From an uncultured delta proteobacterium (lineage in GTDB: Bacteria; Desulfobacterota; Binatia; UBA9968), in the NCBI GenBank assembly GCA_963847445.1, contig CAWJZV010000015.1, positions 1-64,000 on the forward strand: DNA of 64,000 nt. The letters run 5' to 3'. The translations under genes were made by a program, and so were the position numbers. Below the pieces are notes generated by a model. That model was not told where the DNA came from, searched no databases, and saw nothing but the letters and a program-made list of their open reading frames with translations. Positions 41,260 to 53,577 of this stretch are shown here, piece by piece (position 1 is the stretch's first letter; each line of letters starts with the position of its first letter).

Positions 41260-42946
41260 CTATGTAACGATCACGTCGATGATCGCCGTCTTGCCGCTCT
41301 GGTTGGCTTGCAGGCCGCGCTTCAGCGCGTCCTGAAGTTTTTCCGGATCGGTTACCTGCTCGCCGTAGCCGCCGACGGATTCGGCGACCTTCACGAAATC
41401 CGGCGCGTTGATATGCGTGCCGTGGTAGACGTCGGTCTCTGCCGCGATCCCGTCCGGATACATCTTCTGATGCATGCCCTGCATTGCGGCGTATTTCTTG
41501 TTGTTGAAGATCACCACCATGATCGGCAGGTTGTAATCGCGCGCCGCGCCGAGGCTGCCGAGCGCCGGGTTGTACAGGAACGCGCCGTCGCCGATCAGCG
41601 TCACGACCTGCCGTTCCGGATTCGCCAGCTTGATCCCCAGCGAAAGGCCCAGTCCCTGTCCGAGACCGCCCTGGCGGGTGAACAGGCTCTGTGGCTTGTT
41701 CCATACCAGGTGCTGACGCAGCACTGCCGTGTGGGTGGTAACCTCGTCGATATAGATCGTGTCGTCCGGCATGACCGCGTTCAGTGAGGCGCACAGCCAG
41801 ACCGGATCGATCGGTGTTTTCTTGCGCGCCGCCGCCTGTGCTGCGCTATTTTTCTCGACCAGCGCAGCGTGCGCCGCGGCGAGCTCCTTGCGTCTTGCCT
41901 CCACCGCAGCCTTATCGACAGTGGCGGCGTTGGCCAGATCGCGCAGCGTCTGCGCGACGTTGCCTTCCAGGTACATGTCGGCCTGATGGCTCTGGTAGGC
42001 CATGGCCGAGTTGTGCGGCGCTTCGTCCACCATGGCGACCACGGCCTTGGGCGGGCGGTTGCTCGGCGGATACCAGGGCACGCGCGCGCGGACGACGATC
42101 GCAAGATCCATGTCGTTCCAGAACGGTTTGATGTCGGTTCCCTGATAGAGCGGATGATCCTTGGGGAAGTTGGCGAACAGAGCGCCGGCCTTCTCGACCA
42201 CGGGAACAGCGAACTTCTCGCACAGCGCGATCAGCGCCTCGTAGGTCTCGACCTCCTGGCCGGCGCCCTCGGTGAGCACGACCGGATGCTTCGCCTTGGA
42301 AAGCGCGGCGGCGAGCTTTTCGATGTCCTCCGGCGCGGTCAGCATGCGCGGCGCGGCCGGAACCTTGCGCGGATTGGCCGGCGGCGTCCAGCCATCCATC
42401 AACGTTTCCGTCGAGACGGACAGATACGTGGGTCCGGTCGGTTGCCGCTGCGCCAGCTCGCCGGCGCGGATGATGCTTTCATAGAGCGTGTGGACGCTGC
42501 CCGCGACCGAAGTGTATTTGACGATGCGCGTTGACCAGGTGGGTCGTGCCGCCTGGGATGCTGAGGTTGCCTATCCACTGGGCGCCCGGATCGAACTCCG
42601 GCTGCTCGCCGTAGGTCATCGACTCTCCGGAGATCACCACCATCGGCACGCCGGTGACAAAGGCGCCGTGGATGCCCATGGCGCCCTGCAGCAGGCCGGC
42701 GCCTGCATGCAGCAACACGGCCTGCATTTTGCCGGTGGCCAGCGTGTAGCCCGCGGCCATGTCGACGGCGAGCGTTTCGTGCCACACATCGAGAAGCTTC
42801 GGCCCTTCTTTCTTCCGGTGGATCTGGTCGGCCATGGCTTCCCACACGGGCGCCCATTCGGTGCCCGGCGAGGACAGGATGTATTCGACTCCGAGCTTGC
42901 GGAATGCATCGACTATGGCTTCGCCGCCATCGAACTGGTTTTTCAT
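41260..42946 (-). CDS. Thiamine-pyrophosphate-dependent enzyme (frameshift near 42525)
   Basis: GGEAIV, PGTE, HE..A..MA.GY, GDGAF...NN. Confidence 0.88.
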
Positions 42947-43163
42947 GGTTGGTCTCCCTGAACGGCTATTTGTGCGCGCGCACTATCTCACGCCTGAACG
43001 CGCAAGCATCGCTGAGAGCTGCTGATATCAATTCTGGAGTTGCTCTGTCAACCGACGAAGGGTCATTTTACTTACATGATTCTACTGATCTGATACGGTT
43101 GAGTCTGAGAGCGAGCGGGTGAGGATCGGGCGAGAAAAGTCAGGTTCAGCAGGGGTAAGCGTT

Positions 43164-43186
43164 GTGTCAGGTCTTGCAGTGCGACA
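43164..43186 (+). repeat. REP-like motif copy GTGTCAGGTCTTGCAGTGCGACA
   Basis: Matches 6572-6612. Confidence 0.6.
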
Positions 43187-43306
43187 AAACCGCATGATCC
43201 AGACGCCAGTCCGTCAAACCGCGTCTAGCGCAGACGTGTATGGCTGCTGTTCGCCAGCAACCTGCGCTCGTGACTGTCACTAATCAGCGGAAACTGTATG
43301 TCGAAT

Positions 43307-43777
43307 TCACGGATGCGGGTGCAGGGGATCGACCCAGTAGACTTCCTCCGGCGGCTCGGCGGGCTCGATATCCAGGTTGATGACGATGGGATCTTGACCG
43401 CTGCGGACGAGGACGCAACTGAGAACCTCGGTTTTGCTCGCGTTGATCTCTTGATGGGGCACGAACGGCGGAACGAAAATGAAATCGCCGGGCCCCGCCT
43501 CCGCGACAAACTCCAGCTGTTCGCCCCAGCGCATGCGCGCCCGGCCGTTGACGACGTAGATAACGCTTTCCAACTCGCCATGATGGTGCGCGCCGGTTTT
43601 GGCGTTGGCATCGACCATGACCGTGCCTGCCCAAAGTTTGCCGGCCCCCGTCCGGGCATGGGTGATGGCCGCCGCTCTCGTCATCCCGGGCGTCTGCGGC
43701 GTATTGAGATCGAGTTGCGAGCTCGTAATGATTTTGACTCCGTGCTCGCGCCAATTTGGCTGTGACTCGGAACTCAT
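43307..43777 (-). CDS. Cupin-domain protein
   Basis: TGAHHHGELES...GPGDFIFVPP.VPHQE. Confidence 0.9.
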   Translation of the reverse strand: MSSESQPNWREHGVKIITSSQLDLNTPQTPGMTRAAAITHARTGAGKLWAGTVMVDANAKTGAHHHGELESVIYVVNGRARMRWGEQLEFVAEAGPGDFIFVPPFVPHQEINASKTEVLSCVLVRSGQDPIVINLDIEPAEPPEEVYWVDPLHPHP

Positions 43778-43861
43778 TCCATCCTCCTGTTCTGTTCCCA
43801 ACTACCTTCGCTGGTTGTGCATCGAACGAGGAATGCCATCGCGCCACAGACAGTTATGGAA

Positions 43862-44599
43862 TCATTTATCGAGCGGGTGGCGCGTCGCCGCGGCGGCGAG
43901 TTCCGTTTCGTTGGTCAGGTCCAGACGCAGCGGCGTCATCGAGACGTAGCCATGTTCGATGGCCCAGCGGTCGGTTCCCTCCTCGGCGCCTTCGATCGGG
44001 ATGACGCTAAACCAAAAATGTTTGCGGCCCAGCGGGTCTTCGCCCGGCACCACCCGGCCATCGTAGTGCCGCACCGATTGCCGTGTCCAGCGCAGACCTT
44101 GCGGCGTTTCCTCGGGAAAATTCACGTTGACGAGAGTCAGATTTGCGTCCTTGAGCAAAATCTCAAGGACTTTTTCGGCCGACGGCTTGATGATGTCGAA
44201 GTTCGGCTCATCGTTGTTTGCGGGCATGCTCAAGGCGATACCGCGCAGTCCCAACAGCGTCGCCTGTTTTGCCGCCGCCACGGTGCCGGAGTGCCAGAGG
44301 GAGTTTCCTAGATTAGCGCCGAAATTAATTCCCGAAATCACCACGTCCACTTTCTCCCAGTTGTGCGCGCCGATCACGACGCAATCCGCCGGGGTTCCAT
44401 TGACGCGAAAAGCTTCAAAGCTCTGGATCGGCGTGCGTTTGTAGGTAAGCGGCCGCAGGGCCGTGATCGAATGTCCCGCCGAAGACTGCTCGACATCCGG
44501 CGCCACGATCCGCACGTCGCCGAACTTCGCAGCGACTTCCGCCAGCGCGAGAATGCCGGGGCTATAGATTCCGTCGTCATTGGTAATTAAAATACGCAT
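43862..44599 (-). CDS. surE: 5'/3'-nucleotidase SurE
   Basis: ILITNDDG, GTPADCV, SGIN.G.N.G, SGTV. Confidence 0.95.
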   Translation of the reverse strand: MRILITNDDGIYSPGILALAEVAAKFGDVRIVAPDVEQSSAGHSITALRPLTYKRTPIQSFEAFRVNGTPADCVVIGAHNWEKVDVVISGINFGANLGNSLWHSGTVAAAKQATLLGLRGIALSMPANNDEPNFDIIKPSAEKVLEILLKDANLTLVNVNFPEETPQGLRWTRQSVRHYDGRVVPGEDPLGRKHFWFSVIPIEGAEEGTDRWAIEHGYVSMTPLRLDLTNETELAAAATRHPLDK

Positions 44600-44704
44600 C
44601 GGCCTGGACCTCCTTGAATCAAGCTGCCGCGACTGTCAATCTGACAAGCGCACCATGATCAGTATTTCATATTTAATCGACCGATCTACCCGGACTGGAA
44701 AAGA

Positions 44705-45636
44705 ATGAATGTAACCCTCATACACAATCCTGACGCAGGCGGCGACAACCAACTCTCCGGCGACGACATTTTAGAACTGATTGACAAGGCCGGACATTCA
44801 GCAACGTTGCAGTCGTCCAAGGACGTTGGCTGGGATAAGGCGCTGCAAGAGGCCCGCCGATATCGTCGCCGTGGCCGGAGGCGACGGCATCGTCGGTCAA
44901 GTCGCCAAGCGGATGATCGGCAGGCGGATTCCTATCGCCATCCTGCCCATGGGCACCGCCAACAATGTCGCCACGACTCTCGGTGTGAAGCACCTGGCCA
45001 TCGATGAGTTGATTTTCGGCTGGACCTCCGCCCGGCGCGTAAAGTTCGACGTCGGCAACGCCAAGGGACCGTGGGGATCCATCCGCTTTCATCGAAGGCT
45101 TGGGCATGGGACTATTTACCGACACCATGTCGCGGCTGGACGCCAGGGACAATATCCAACTTGCTCACCTCAGCGATACTGACGAGAAGTTGATTTCCGT
45201 TTTGCAGATGCTAAGAAGCCGCGTCGAAAGCTGCCACTCGCAGGAGATGAAGATCACATTCGATGACCGCGATCTGTCGGGAAAATATATTTTGTTGGAA
45301 GCGATGAATATTCATTACGTCGGGCCCAATTTCCACCTCGCTCCGCCCGCGGACCCTGGGGATGGTTTGCTCGATCTGGTTATCGCCTCGTATGACGAGA
45401 GAGAACGGATACATCAATATCTTTCAGACCGTATCGATAATAAATCAAACTATCCGGGATTGACGATTCACAAAGGCAAATATTTGCGCATCGAATGCGC
45501 AGGCTTGACGGTGCACATCGACGATGATCTCTGGCCCGAAATCGGCGCGCCTCCTGCGCCTGACTCGATCGTTATCGAGGTAACGTGTCGTTGCCGAAGC
45601 ACTGGAAATGCTCGCGCCGGCTTGAAGCAACGGTAA
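44705..45636 (+). CDS. Diacylglycerol kinase-family lipid kinase (two frameshifts)
   Basis: HNP.AG, AGGDG, LPMGTANN, ADPGDGLLD. Confidence 0.8.
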
Positions 45637-45885
45637 AAGATGGGAAAGGGGTCGATCCGCTTTTCGCTAATCGGCATTGTGCGAGTAACTAATCGATCAG
45701 TATGGCTCGACCGTTGCGATCGAATATCCCGCCGTGCGGGCGTAGATCTTGCGGGGCTTGTCGTCAGGGGGAGTGGCATTTTCATTACCTGCGCTTTGGA
45801 TGCCCCGCCAATTGCAATTATCAGCGGTGAGCTGGTTTCGGCTTTGTGTAAGCACAGAAAAATAACCATCCATTCCAGTGAGTCT

Positions 45886-47013
45886 TTACCTTTGCGGTAG
45901 CGGGTCGGGGCCGGTGAGCTTCTTGAATAGCTCTACGGCTTCGCGGTCGCGCGGCATGTCTCTGATTGTTTGCTCCAGTTCCTCCGGCATTTGCGGCTCG
46001 GCCTTTAGGCCGGTGAGCTTGGTATACTCCTTGGAAAATTCGGGGTCTCTATAGGTCTTGCGCATCGCTTCCTGCAGGATGAGGACCCGGTCTTTAGGCG
46101 TGCCGGGAGTCAGGATAAACGGATTGCCGCTGCCCACGAAGGCCCGGTACAGCGCGACAACTTTCCGATCCATGGCCGACTTGGCAAAGGTCTCGATGTC
46201 AGGGAGTTCGGCAAAGCGGGGATGGCTGTGTTTCCGTCCCTTCGGAATCTCGATGATGCCGTGGAAGTCCATGAGACCTTTATCGACCCATTGAGGTTTT
46301 TCGTGCAGGAGAGCGTCCGCCACGGTTGACCTGGTGTCTATTTCACCCTGCTCGATGGCGACATCGAGTTCGGGTGAGGTGTATCCGGTGACGAATCTGG
46401 GTTGTTTCAGGCCCATCAGGTACGCGAACATTCGGCCGGAGATGTAGATCAAGTGTCCCACTGACTGGGAGCCGATTCTCGTACCTGAAACCGCGCGGAG
46501 CTTCTCCATGTTGTCGAGGCCCGCCTCCCTGCGCGTAAAAAAAACATGGTAGCCGCCGCTATAGCTGGTTCCCAGATAGCTCACTTTATCGATGTCATAG
46601 AGAACCCCGCTCTCTCCGAGCATGGGATGCATCACGAATGGCGTCGACATACGGCCGATGGTCAGGCCGTCCGGACGGACCGAATTGAACATGTGGTTCG
46701 CCGCCTTGCGCCCGCCGCCGCCGTCCATGTACTGCATCACAATGGTAGGATTTCCCGGAATATACTTTTGCAGAAAAGGCACAACGGCTTTGGTCCGCAT
46801 GCTGCCGACTCCGCCGGGCGCGCTGCTCTCAAGGATGGTAACGGTTTTCCCTTGGAAGAAAGAAGTTTGCGGAAAAGCGACGCCGCCCATGAAGAGATCA
46901 AAGCAAAGACCGAGCAGCAGCGCGCCAAGAGAGATTTGGCGAAACACCACCGATTGGGATTTGTCGCGTTTCATAGGCACCCCCGTAAGTATGGGAACTG
47001 CGGTTTTCGTCAA
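45886..47013 (-). CDS. Tripartite tricarboxylate transporter (Bug/TctC-like) substrate-binding protein
   Basis: FFQGKTV, PGG, YIPGNPTIV, PDGLTIG, PGTPKDRV. Confidence 0.85.
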   Translation of the reverse strand: MTKTAVPILTGVPMKRDKSQSVVFRQISLGALLLGLCFDLFMGGVAFPQTSFFQGKTVTILESSAPGGVGSMRTKAVVPFLQKYIPGNPTIVMQYMDGGGGRKAANHMFNSVRPDGLTIGRMSTPFVMHPMLGESGVLYDIDKVSYLGTSYSGGYHVFFTRREAGLDNMEKLRAVSGTRIGSQSVGHLIYISGRMFAYLMGLKQPRFVTGYTSPELDVAIEQGEIDTRSTVADALLHEKPQWVDKGLMDFHGIIEIPKGRKHSHPRFAELPDIETFAKSAMDRKVVALYRAFVGSGNPFILTPGTPKDRVLILQEAMRKTYRDPEFSKEYTKLTGLKAEPQMPEELEQTIRDMPRDREAVELFKKLTGPDPLPQR

Positions 47014-47338
47014 CTCTCTTGCCGTGATCCTCCCGGTGAACCGTAATGACTCGAAGCCCGACTAACACCTCTGAAAAGTCGTGTCAATGAGACATTCTTG
47101 GCCTGCCGTATGAAACGGGCCGCTGCGTGGCCTGGTGGAAGCGGCAAATTCCACCCGTGGCCGGGAGTCATCGCATCCAGGCGCCGGGCGGACCCGGTTC
47201 AATTGCTTCAACCGTTTTTTTTTGCTCCGTTCGATGTCTGATGGCGTTGCAATAGTTCAAGCGTTCAAGGTCAGATTCGGAGAGGGCTTCCAGGTTTCTG
47301 GCATTCCGCAACAGTCTAAATAAAGTTTAGTAACGAGC

Positions 47339-49112
47339 CTACTGACTGGAGGTAACGAAAAGATAAGACATGAACCGGCAAAGATCATTTAAAAAACGGA
47401 CCGGCAAGGAGATATCTCGTCGATGTCTGGACTTGGCAGCGAGGTTGCGCTCGCGGGGACGGCTGGGGAGTGAAAAGAACTGCCTGCGTGCCGGTGCACG
47501 GGTTGGGATCTCGGTTCTCAATGGGCGTTGGGCGCTTTTGGGCGGCTCGTTGTTTAGGACGACGTTTTCGAAAGGTGCATCGGGCCGGGTGGTCAGCTCG
47601 GCGGCGGCGTCTTTCATGGCCGGGTGCTCGACGGCGCGCGACAGCACTTCGTTCTTGGTCGGCCCCTGCTTGTTGCCGAGGAATGGCTTGATGATGAGAT
47701 GGATCACGTCGCGAAGCGGCATGTAGCGGGTAAAGCGGCGGAGCAAGCGAAACGTCTGCACCGGGTAGTGCAACAGCTTGTACAGAAACAGCCGTCGCAG
47801 ACCGGCGGTGCGCTCGGCATTGATCATCGGGCCGCTGAGACAGGTCGGATCGATCTCCGAACATTTAAAATATTTGAACCAATCGTCGTCGTCGTCCACC
47901 AAACCGCGCTGGACGTACTCCTTCCAGAGCGGCGTGCCGCGATAGACGCATAAGCGGTTGAAGCCGAAGGTGTCGAGCCGGAGCTTGGCGGCGAAGGAGA
48001 ATGTGGCGCGCATATCTTCTACGGTTTCATCCGGGCTGCCGACGACGAAAAAACCGTGGACGATCTCGATGCCGGCCGCTTTGGCGCGCGTCACCGAACT
48101 CGCGACTTCCTCCAGTGTCTGCTCTTTTTTCAAACGGTCGAGCACTTTCTGGCTGCCGCTTTCCACGCCGAACATCGAGCGTGCGGCAATGGGCCTTGGC
48201 CATGGCCGGAAAGAGATGCTGGGCCACCGAGTCGACCCGCCCTTCGCAACCCCACTGGATGGCGATTTGGTTGTCGTTGATGCCTCGGCAGATCGCTTCG
48301 ATGCGTTTGGGCTGCAGGAGAAAATGGTCGTCGACGAAATACACCGCGCCATAACCCTGGGACTGCAAATGCTTGAACTCCTCGACCACGTGCTGCGCGC
48401 TGCGCGAGCGCCATTTACCTTCGTTGAAGATCGGGATATCGCAGAAAACGCAGGGCCACGGACAGCCGCGCGAAGTCTGCATGGTCGTGAAGCGCTCCAT
48501 GGACAGCACACAGGGAACGTCGAGCGGCATGGACTCGACGAAATCGAGGGGCAGGCTTTCCCGGTCGGGAAAGGGCCATTGATCTAAATTGCGGTCGAGA
48601 GGACGATTGATGTTGCTGATGATCTGGCCGTCTTTTTCCCAGGTCAGGCCCGCCACGCTGCCGGGATCGTCCAACCGCTCGAGCAGATCGAGCAGCAACT
48701 GCTCGCCGTCGCCGCGGCAGACAAAGTCAACTTCGGGACACTGGCGTTTGACGCGCTCGGCGTTCAAGGTGGCAAACACGCCGCCGAAGGCGAGGCGCAC
48801 GCGGGCGTCCGAGGCGCGGATCTGGCGCGCGAGAATTTTGGCATGGGGATAACTCGTCGTGCTCAGGAAACTCAAGCCGACGAGATCGGGGCGCTGCTTG
48901 CGAATCTCTTCGATGATCGTTTCGTTGGGTGTTTCGGGATTGGCCTGGTCGAACATGACGCATTCGTGACCGGCGCGTTTGACGACGGCGGAGAGGGACA
49001 TAATGCCGATCGGAGGAAAACCCATGACGCGGATATTGCCATTGGCGGCGCGCTTGGCGGCGGGCAGCGCATAAAACTGCGGATCGCGAACGTGGATCAA
49101 GAACACGCGCAT
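47339..49112 (-). CDS. B12-binding radical SAM enzyme (frameshift near 48180)
   Basis: PPIG, GGVFAT, RGDGE, SRGCPWPCVFC (CxxxCxxC), GVESGSQ. Confidence 0.88.
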
Positions 49113-49388
49113 ACAAAACAGACTATCATGCTGGGACTTTTCCACAATCCCGCGCTCTAGAAGTTTCCCGTGCCGAACTTCGGATGGTTCAAGATGAATG
49201 CCGGGACCCTTATGAATGGATTGTCCGACTCGGTGAGTCTCCGGATCAATTGAAAAGAATAGGTCACATTCTAAATTTCCATTTTTTTCTCGCTCGGCTT
49301 TCGGACTTAGGCTGACATCCTTGCAGCATGCACTCGTGACGCTTGTCGCGGTTGTCTGCCGGTATAACCGAACTCTCGGAAGATAATT

Positions 49389-49685
49389 TTACCGATCTAC
49401 GCGACTCAAGCGTACGCGCCGGCTTTGCGCGTCGTATTCGCAGCGGAGTCGAACTTCGCGTCCGGTTCTGTCTCTAGCCTGGATTGTCACGTCCCAATCA
49501 TTACGTCCCTGCGCTCGCACGGACTGCACATCGATTCTGCGGTACCCCTCGTCGTGCGCTTCTTCCGTGCACTGGCTTCGCGCGCGCTCGCGCGGCCGAT
49601 AGTCATCCTCATCATAGTCTACCGGAATGACACAGCTCGAAAGTGCAAGAACAGCAACTCCTAAACCTAGCCATTTATCGTTCAT
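49389..49685 (-). CDS. Small lipoprotein
   Basis: Lipobox LSSC, AGGAGG RBS. Confidence 0.75.
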   Translation of the reverse strand: MNDKWLGLGVAVLALSSCVIPVDYDEDDYRPRERARSQCTEEAHDEGYRRIDVQSVRAQGRNDWDVTIQARDRTGREVRLRCEYDAQSRRVRLSRVDR

Positions 49686-50294
49686 ATATGCCTCCTTGAT
49701 GATTCATCGATACACGCTTAACCGGTCTTGTTTCGCCATCCGATCCGATGGCTTCACAGTCGATGATATATCACTGGCAGAGCACTGCAAGTGACCTTTG
49801 ACCGTAGGAGCAGATCCGATCATGGTCAAATTAATCGCCGGTGGTTCGAGTCGCCGGTTGACGCAGATCTTATTTTCAAGTTTCCAAAGGGGGAGATACG
49901 GCCGTGATGCTGTTTTCAAAACTCTTTCCCTTGGTGAATCGATGTAAAATGTAAGTTAAGCTCTAGTCTACTACGGTTCCTGTGAGCAAAGAACGTAAAG
50001 CTGTCGTCAAATGACACTGCAGGACCATGCCCTGAATTGTCCTGATGAATCGAAGGACTCCGCGACAATTCACGTAGGCGTTGCAAAACGCCGAAACGCA
50101 AAAAGACGGCGAACAGGCGTCTGAATTCTGAAAGCGATCTCAGAAAATAGCTGCCCTATCGTTGCTGGCCGCGAAATTGAATTACTGTTGGCTGCTAGTC
50201 CGGAAGTCTTGGTGCGGGACCCATTAGGACCCTGCCCACTAACGTGGCTCGAAAAACCCATTCGTGCAGGGTATGTTCGCCCAAGTGCTATTGG

Positions 50295-50822
50295 CTATTT
50301 CCCTACGCTCTCCAACAGATCCGCCGCTCTTTCTCTCACTTCTTCGTTGGGATCGGAGCTGGCTCTGCGCAAAGACTCGCGATCTCCCCGTAGGGCCAGC
50401 ACTTCAAGCACCTCGATGCGAAACTCTGGATCGGCATCGGCTAAGCCTTGTCCGATCATTGCCGTAACCGTGGCGCCCTTTCTTTCGGAGAGAGCCTGAA
50501 GCGCCGCGTCCTTTACTTCCCGGTTGGGGTCGGCGAGGGCGTTTGCCAGAGTGGCGAGAGTCGTCACATCGCTAAACTTTTCCATCGCCTCGATGGTCTC
50601 GATGCGCGCCGCCACTCGGCGCTCTTCAAATTCTTTGTCTGAAACGCCCGACCCGCTTCCTGTGCTCCGCGGCTGGCTCGGCTCATCTGCGGACTTAACC
50701 GGAGCCGACGCGGATTGCGGCTCCGATACCCTGTTGCCGTCCGCAGTCTTTCTCAGTGAAAAATAAACCGCGGCGACGACCAGACAGAGTAAAACCAACG
50801 CCGCAACATAATTGAAATTCAT
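50295..50822 (-). CDS. Membrane-anchored HEAT-repeat protein
   Basis: TM helix, then LADPNREVK / LADADPEFR / SDPNEEVR repeats. Confidence 0.8.
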   Translation of the reverse strand: MNFNYVAALVLLCLVVAAVYFSLRKTADGNRVSEPQSASAPVKSADEPSQPRSTGSGSGVSDKEFEERRVAARIETIEAMEKFSDVTTLATLANALADPNREVKDAALQALSERKGATVTAMIGQGLADADPEFRIEVLEVLALRGDRESLRRASSDPNEEVRERAADLLESVGK

Positions 50823-50919
50823 GGGACCGTGGCTCGACCGGTAACGTCTATCTGTCGCGTTACGGGATGGCCGGCCGGCGCGCAACTTTTTTACTCGAGC
50901 GGTCATGTAACCGGCCTAG

Positions 50920-50936
50920 CGCAAAGCGCGGACCAA
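50920..50936 (-). promoter_or_regulatory. Putative sigma-54 promoter
   Basis: TTGGTCC-GCGCT-TTGCG upstream of the HEAT-repeat gene. Confidence 0.45.
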
Positions 50937-51412
50937 TGGCCGAAATGGATGTACTGAATGAAAAGCGATGTCATGTCAGGATTTCAAATCCCTCCAATGA
51001 GAGGAGGATGGGGCTAGAAAGCCTGAAGAGTTATTTAACGATTTAAAAATCTAGCGTTCATGCCTGATGGGGTGTCAGCGATCATGGTCGTGCATGAGAC
51101 TGTTGGAATCGTGTTGGAATTGAAGTCGTGCGCGGAGCAAATAGGACAGAAATAGGACCGGGTTAAATTTTATTCCTTGATTCGACAAGGGCTGGCTATC
51201 ACGGCAGCAAGCTGGGAGAATAAATCGCTATGGTTACGAAGCGGGCGATCACAAGAAAATCAAAGCAATAGCAATAAGGCCTGCGTTGCAGATTTGCCGC
51301 CGATTACAAGCTGCGGCCTTGCGAGTAAAACCCGATGAGGAAAGCACCGACTTGAGAGCCGTTATAGCCGCCACGGTGGATCGGTGTGTGCTATCAAGGT
51401 TGAAGACCGCGA

Positions 51413-52060
51413 ATGGTTGAGTCGATCTCAATAAAAAGACTCTCAGGTGACACCGACCCAAGCGGCTCGCATTGGGCGGCGGTGCGCGAACTATGTGGTC
51501 GCACGGCGAACGATGGCGCAGCGATCGCAGCCGAGCGTTGGCCATTGTTTGGCGAGATCTGGATCGAGCCCTATCGAAAATTGCTACCGGATTGGACCTA
51601 TGTGGCGTTGGTGGAGGAGAGAGTAGTCGGTTATCTGACCGGTTGCCCCGATACCGCGGGCTTTGCCCACCGGCAATTCGTCCGTTGTACGCTGCCGCTG
51701 TTGCGCCACATAGTCTTTGGCCGTTTTCGTGGGGATTCCTATGGTAAGCGCTTCGTGCGCCAGCAACTAGGGCTGGAAAAAAGCGTCGTGCGGCGCTTTC
51801 CCAGGCCGGTGCGCCGGCAGATCGCGGCGGCATTCCCGGCCCACCTGCATATGAACGTCGACGCCGATTACCGCCATGGCGGTGTCGGAACGCGGTTGAT
51901 GATGCAGTACGTCGACGATTTGCGACGAGTGCAGATTCCCGGCGTGCATCTGTTCTGCGGGGGAGTTCCCGTGCCATTCTACACCCGTATGGGATATTGC
52001 GAACTTTCGGTTGCCCCGGTGCGCGGCCATAACGTGCATGCGATGGGGTTACGTTTGTAA
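51413..52060 (+). CDS. GNAT-family acetyltransferase
   Basis: VVGYLTG..D, PAHLHMNV...YRHGGVG, FY.RMG. Confidence 0.85.
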   Translation: MVESISIKRLSGDTDPSGSHWAAVRELCGRTANDGAAIAAERWPLFGEIWIEPYRKLLPDWTYVALVEERVVGYLTGCPDTAGFAHRQFVRCTLPLLRHIVFGRFRGDSYGKRFVRQQLGLEKSVVRRFPRPVRRQIAAAFPAHLHMNVDADYRHGGVGTRLMMQYVDDLRRVQIPGVHLFCGGVPVPFYTRMGYCELSVAPVRGHNVHAMGLRL

Positions 52061-52144
52061 TCGCTGCGGGGCATTCGCTTGACGTGACGACAACGCTTCA
52101 ATAGAGTTCATTGCCTAACTCAATTACCCCGTTGATTCGCAACT

Positions 52145-53537
52145 ATGGCCGATGCCAACAAGAAAAAAATCCGCCTGTCGTTAAAACTGAAACTAAGTCT
52201 GCTGATCACGTTGCTGATCGTGCTGTCGGTGGTCATGGTCGGCGATTATTTATTGGACCAGGCCAAGGATAGTCTGCGCGGCGAGATCACCAAGCGTGGC
52301 AGCACCATCGCCCAGCATCTTGCGGCCAGCGGCAAAAACCCTCTGGTCACTCGAGACGAACTGACGCTTAGCCTGCTGGTTCGCGACGCGCTTAAAGATC
52401 CCGATGTCGCCTACGTGATCGTGGTCGACGAGGACAGTAAGATCGTCGCCCATGGCGATTTGAATTCCATCGGCAAAAAGTATCAGCGCCCCGGCGCTTT
52501 GAAACCCCTCGGCAACGACACCCTTGTGCAGAGTTACGACGACTCCGGCGGGCGGCGAGATCATCGACTTCGCGGTGCCTCTGGAGTTTAGCAAGGTGCG
52601 CGTCGGCGCGCTTTATCTTGGTTTTAGCGACCGCTCGATCCGCCAAACCATCGAGCGTGCGCGCGGCCAGACGATCTGGATCACCGGCTTGATGATCGTC
52701 GGCGGTGTGCTCGGCGCCGTCGCTCTGTCGATCGTATTGACCCGGCCGCTTCTCACACTCGCCCAGGGGACCAAGACCATCGCGGCGGGCAGTTTTGACG
52801 TTGTCCTGCCGGTGTCTTCGCGCGATGAAATCGGCGATCTCACCGTGTCTTTTAATGAGATGGCGAAAAACTTGAAGGAGAAGGAAAAGATCAAGCACGC
52901 GTTTAGCAGCTATGTGGCACGCCAGGTGGTCGACGAGATTCTGAAAAACCCGGACGGCATCATGCTCACCGGCGAACGCCGCGACGTGACCGTGATATTT
53001 TGCGATCTGCGCGGCTTTACCCCGCTGGCGGAGAAGCTTCCTCCTGAAGAAGTCGTCGCCGCGCTCAATGACTTTTATAGCTTGATGATCGACACGACCA
53101 TTAAGAACGATGGCAGCATCAATAAATTCCTTGGCGACGCGGTGATGGCGATCTTCGGCGCGCCGGTGCACTATGCGGATCATTCGCTGCGTGCCATCAA
53201 AACCGCGGTGGATATGCAAACCCAAGTCGCGGCACTGAGCGCGCGAAGGGTGAGTAACGGCAAGCCGCCCATCGCCATCGGCATCGGCGTCAGCGCCGGT
53301 GAGGCGGTGGCCGGCACCGTCGGCACTGAAAGCCAGATGGAATACACGGTCATCGGCGACCGGGTCAACTTGGCCGCGCGGCTGGAGTCTAATGCCAAGC
53401 CTGGGCAGATCCTCATCAGCCAAGAAACCTACGACCATGTGGCTGATCAAGTCAAAGCGCGATGTCTTGGTCCCATGAGCGTCAAGGGCAGGGAAGAGGC
53501 GGTCACGGTATTTGAAATTCTCGGCATGGCGGATTAG
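52145..53537 (+). CDS. Membrane adenylate cyclase (periplasmic domain, HAMP, class III; frameshift near 52550)
   Basis: Two TM helices, RDEIGDL..SFNEM, FCDLRGFT, KFLGDA, YTVIGDRVNLAARLE. Confidence 0.9.
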
Positions 53538-53577
53538 ACATTTGACAGATAGAGACAGGGAATTGAGACAAAGACTT

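Noticed and set aside
38241-41787. Long antisense or alternate-frame ORFs (e.g. 38255..39478+, 40155..41207+, and similarly 2971..4056-, 52392..53450-)
   Set aside because: Shadows of GC-rich genes with recognisable motifs in another frame.
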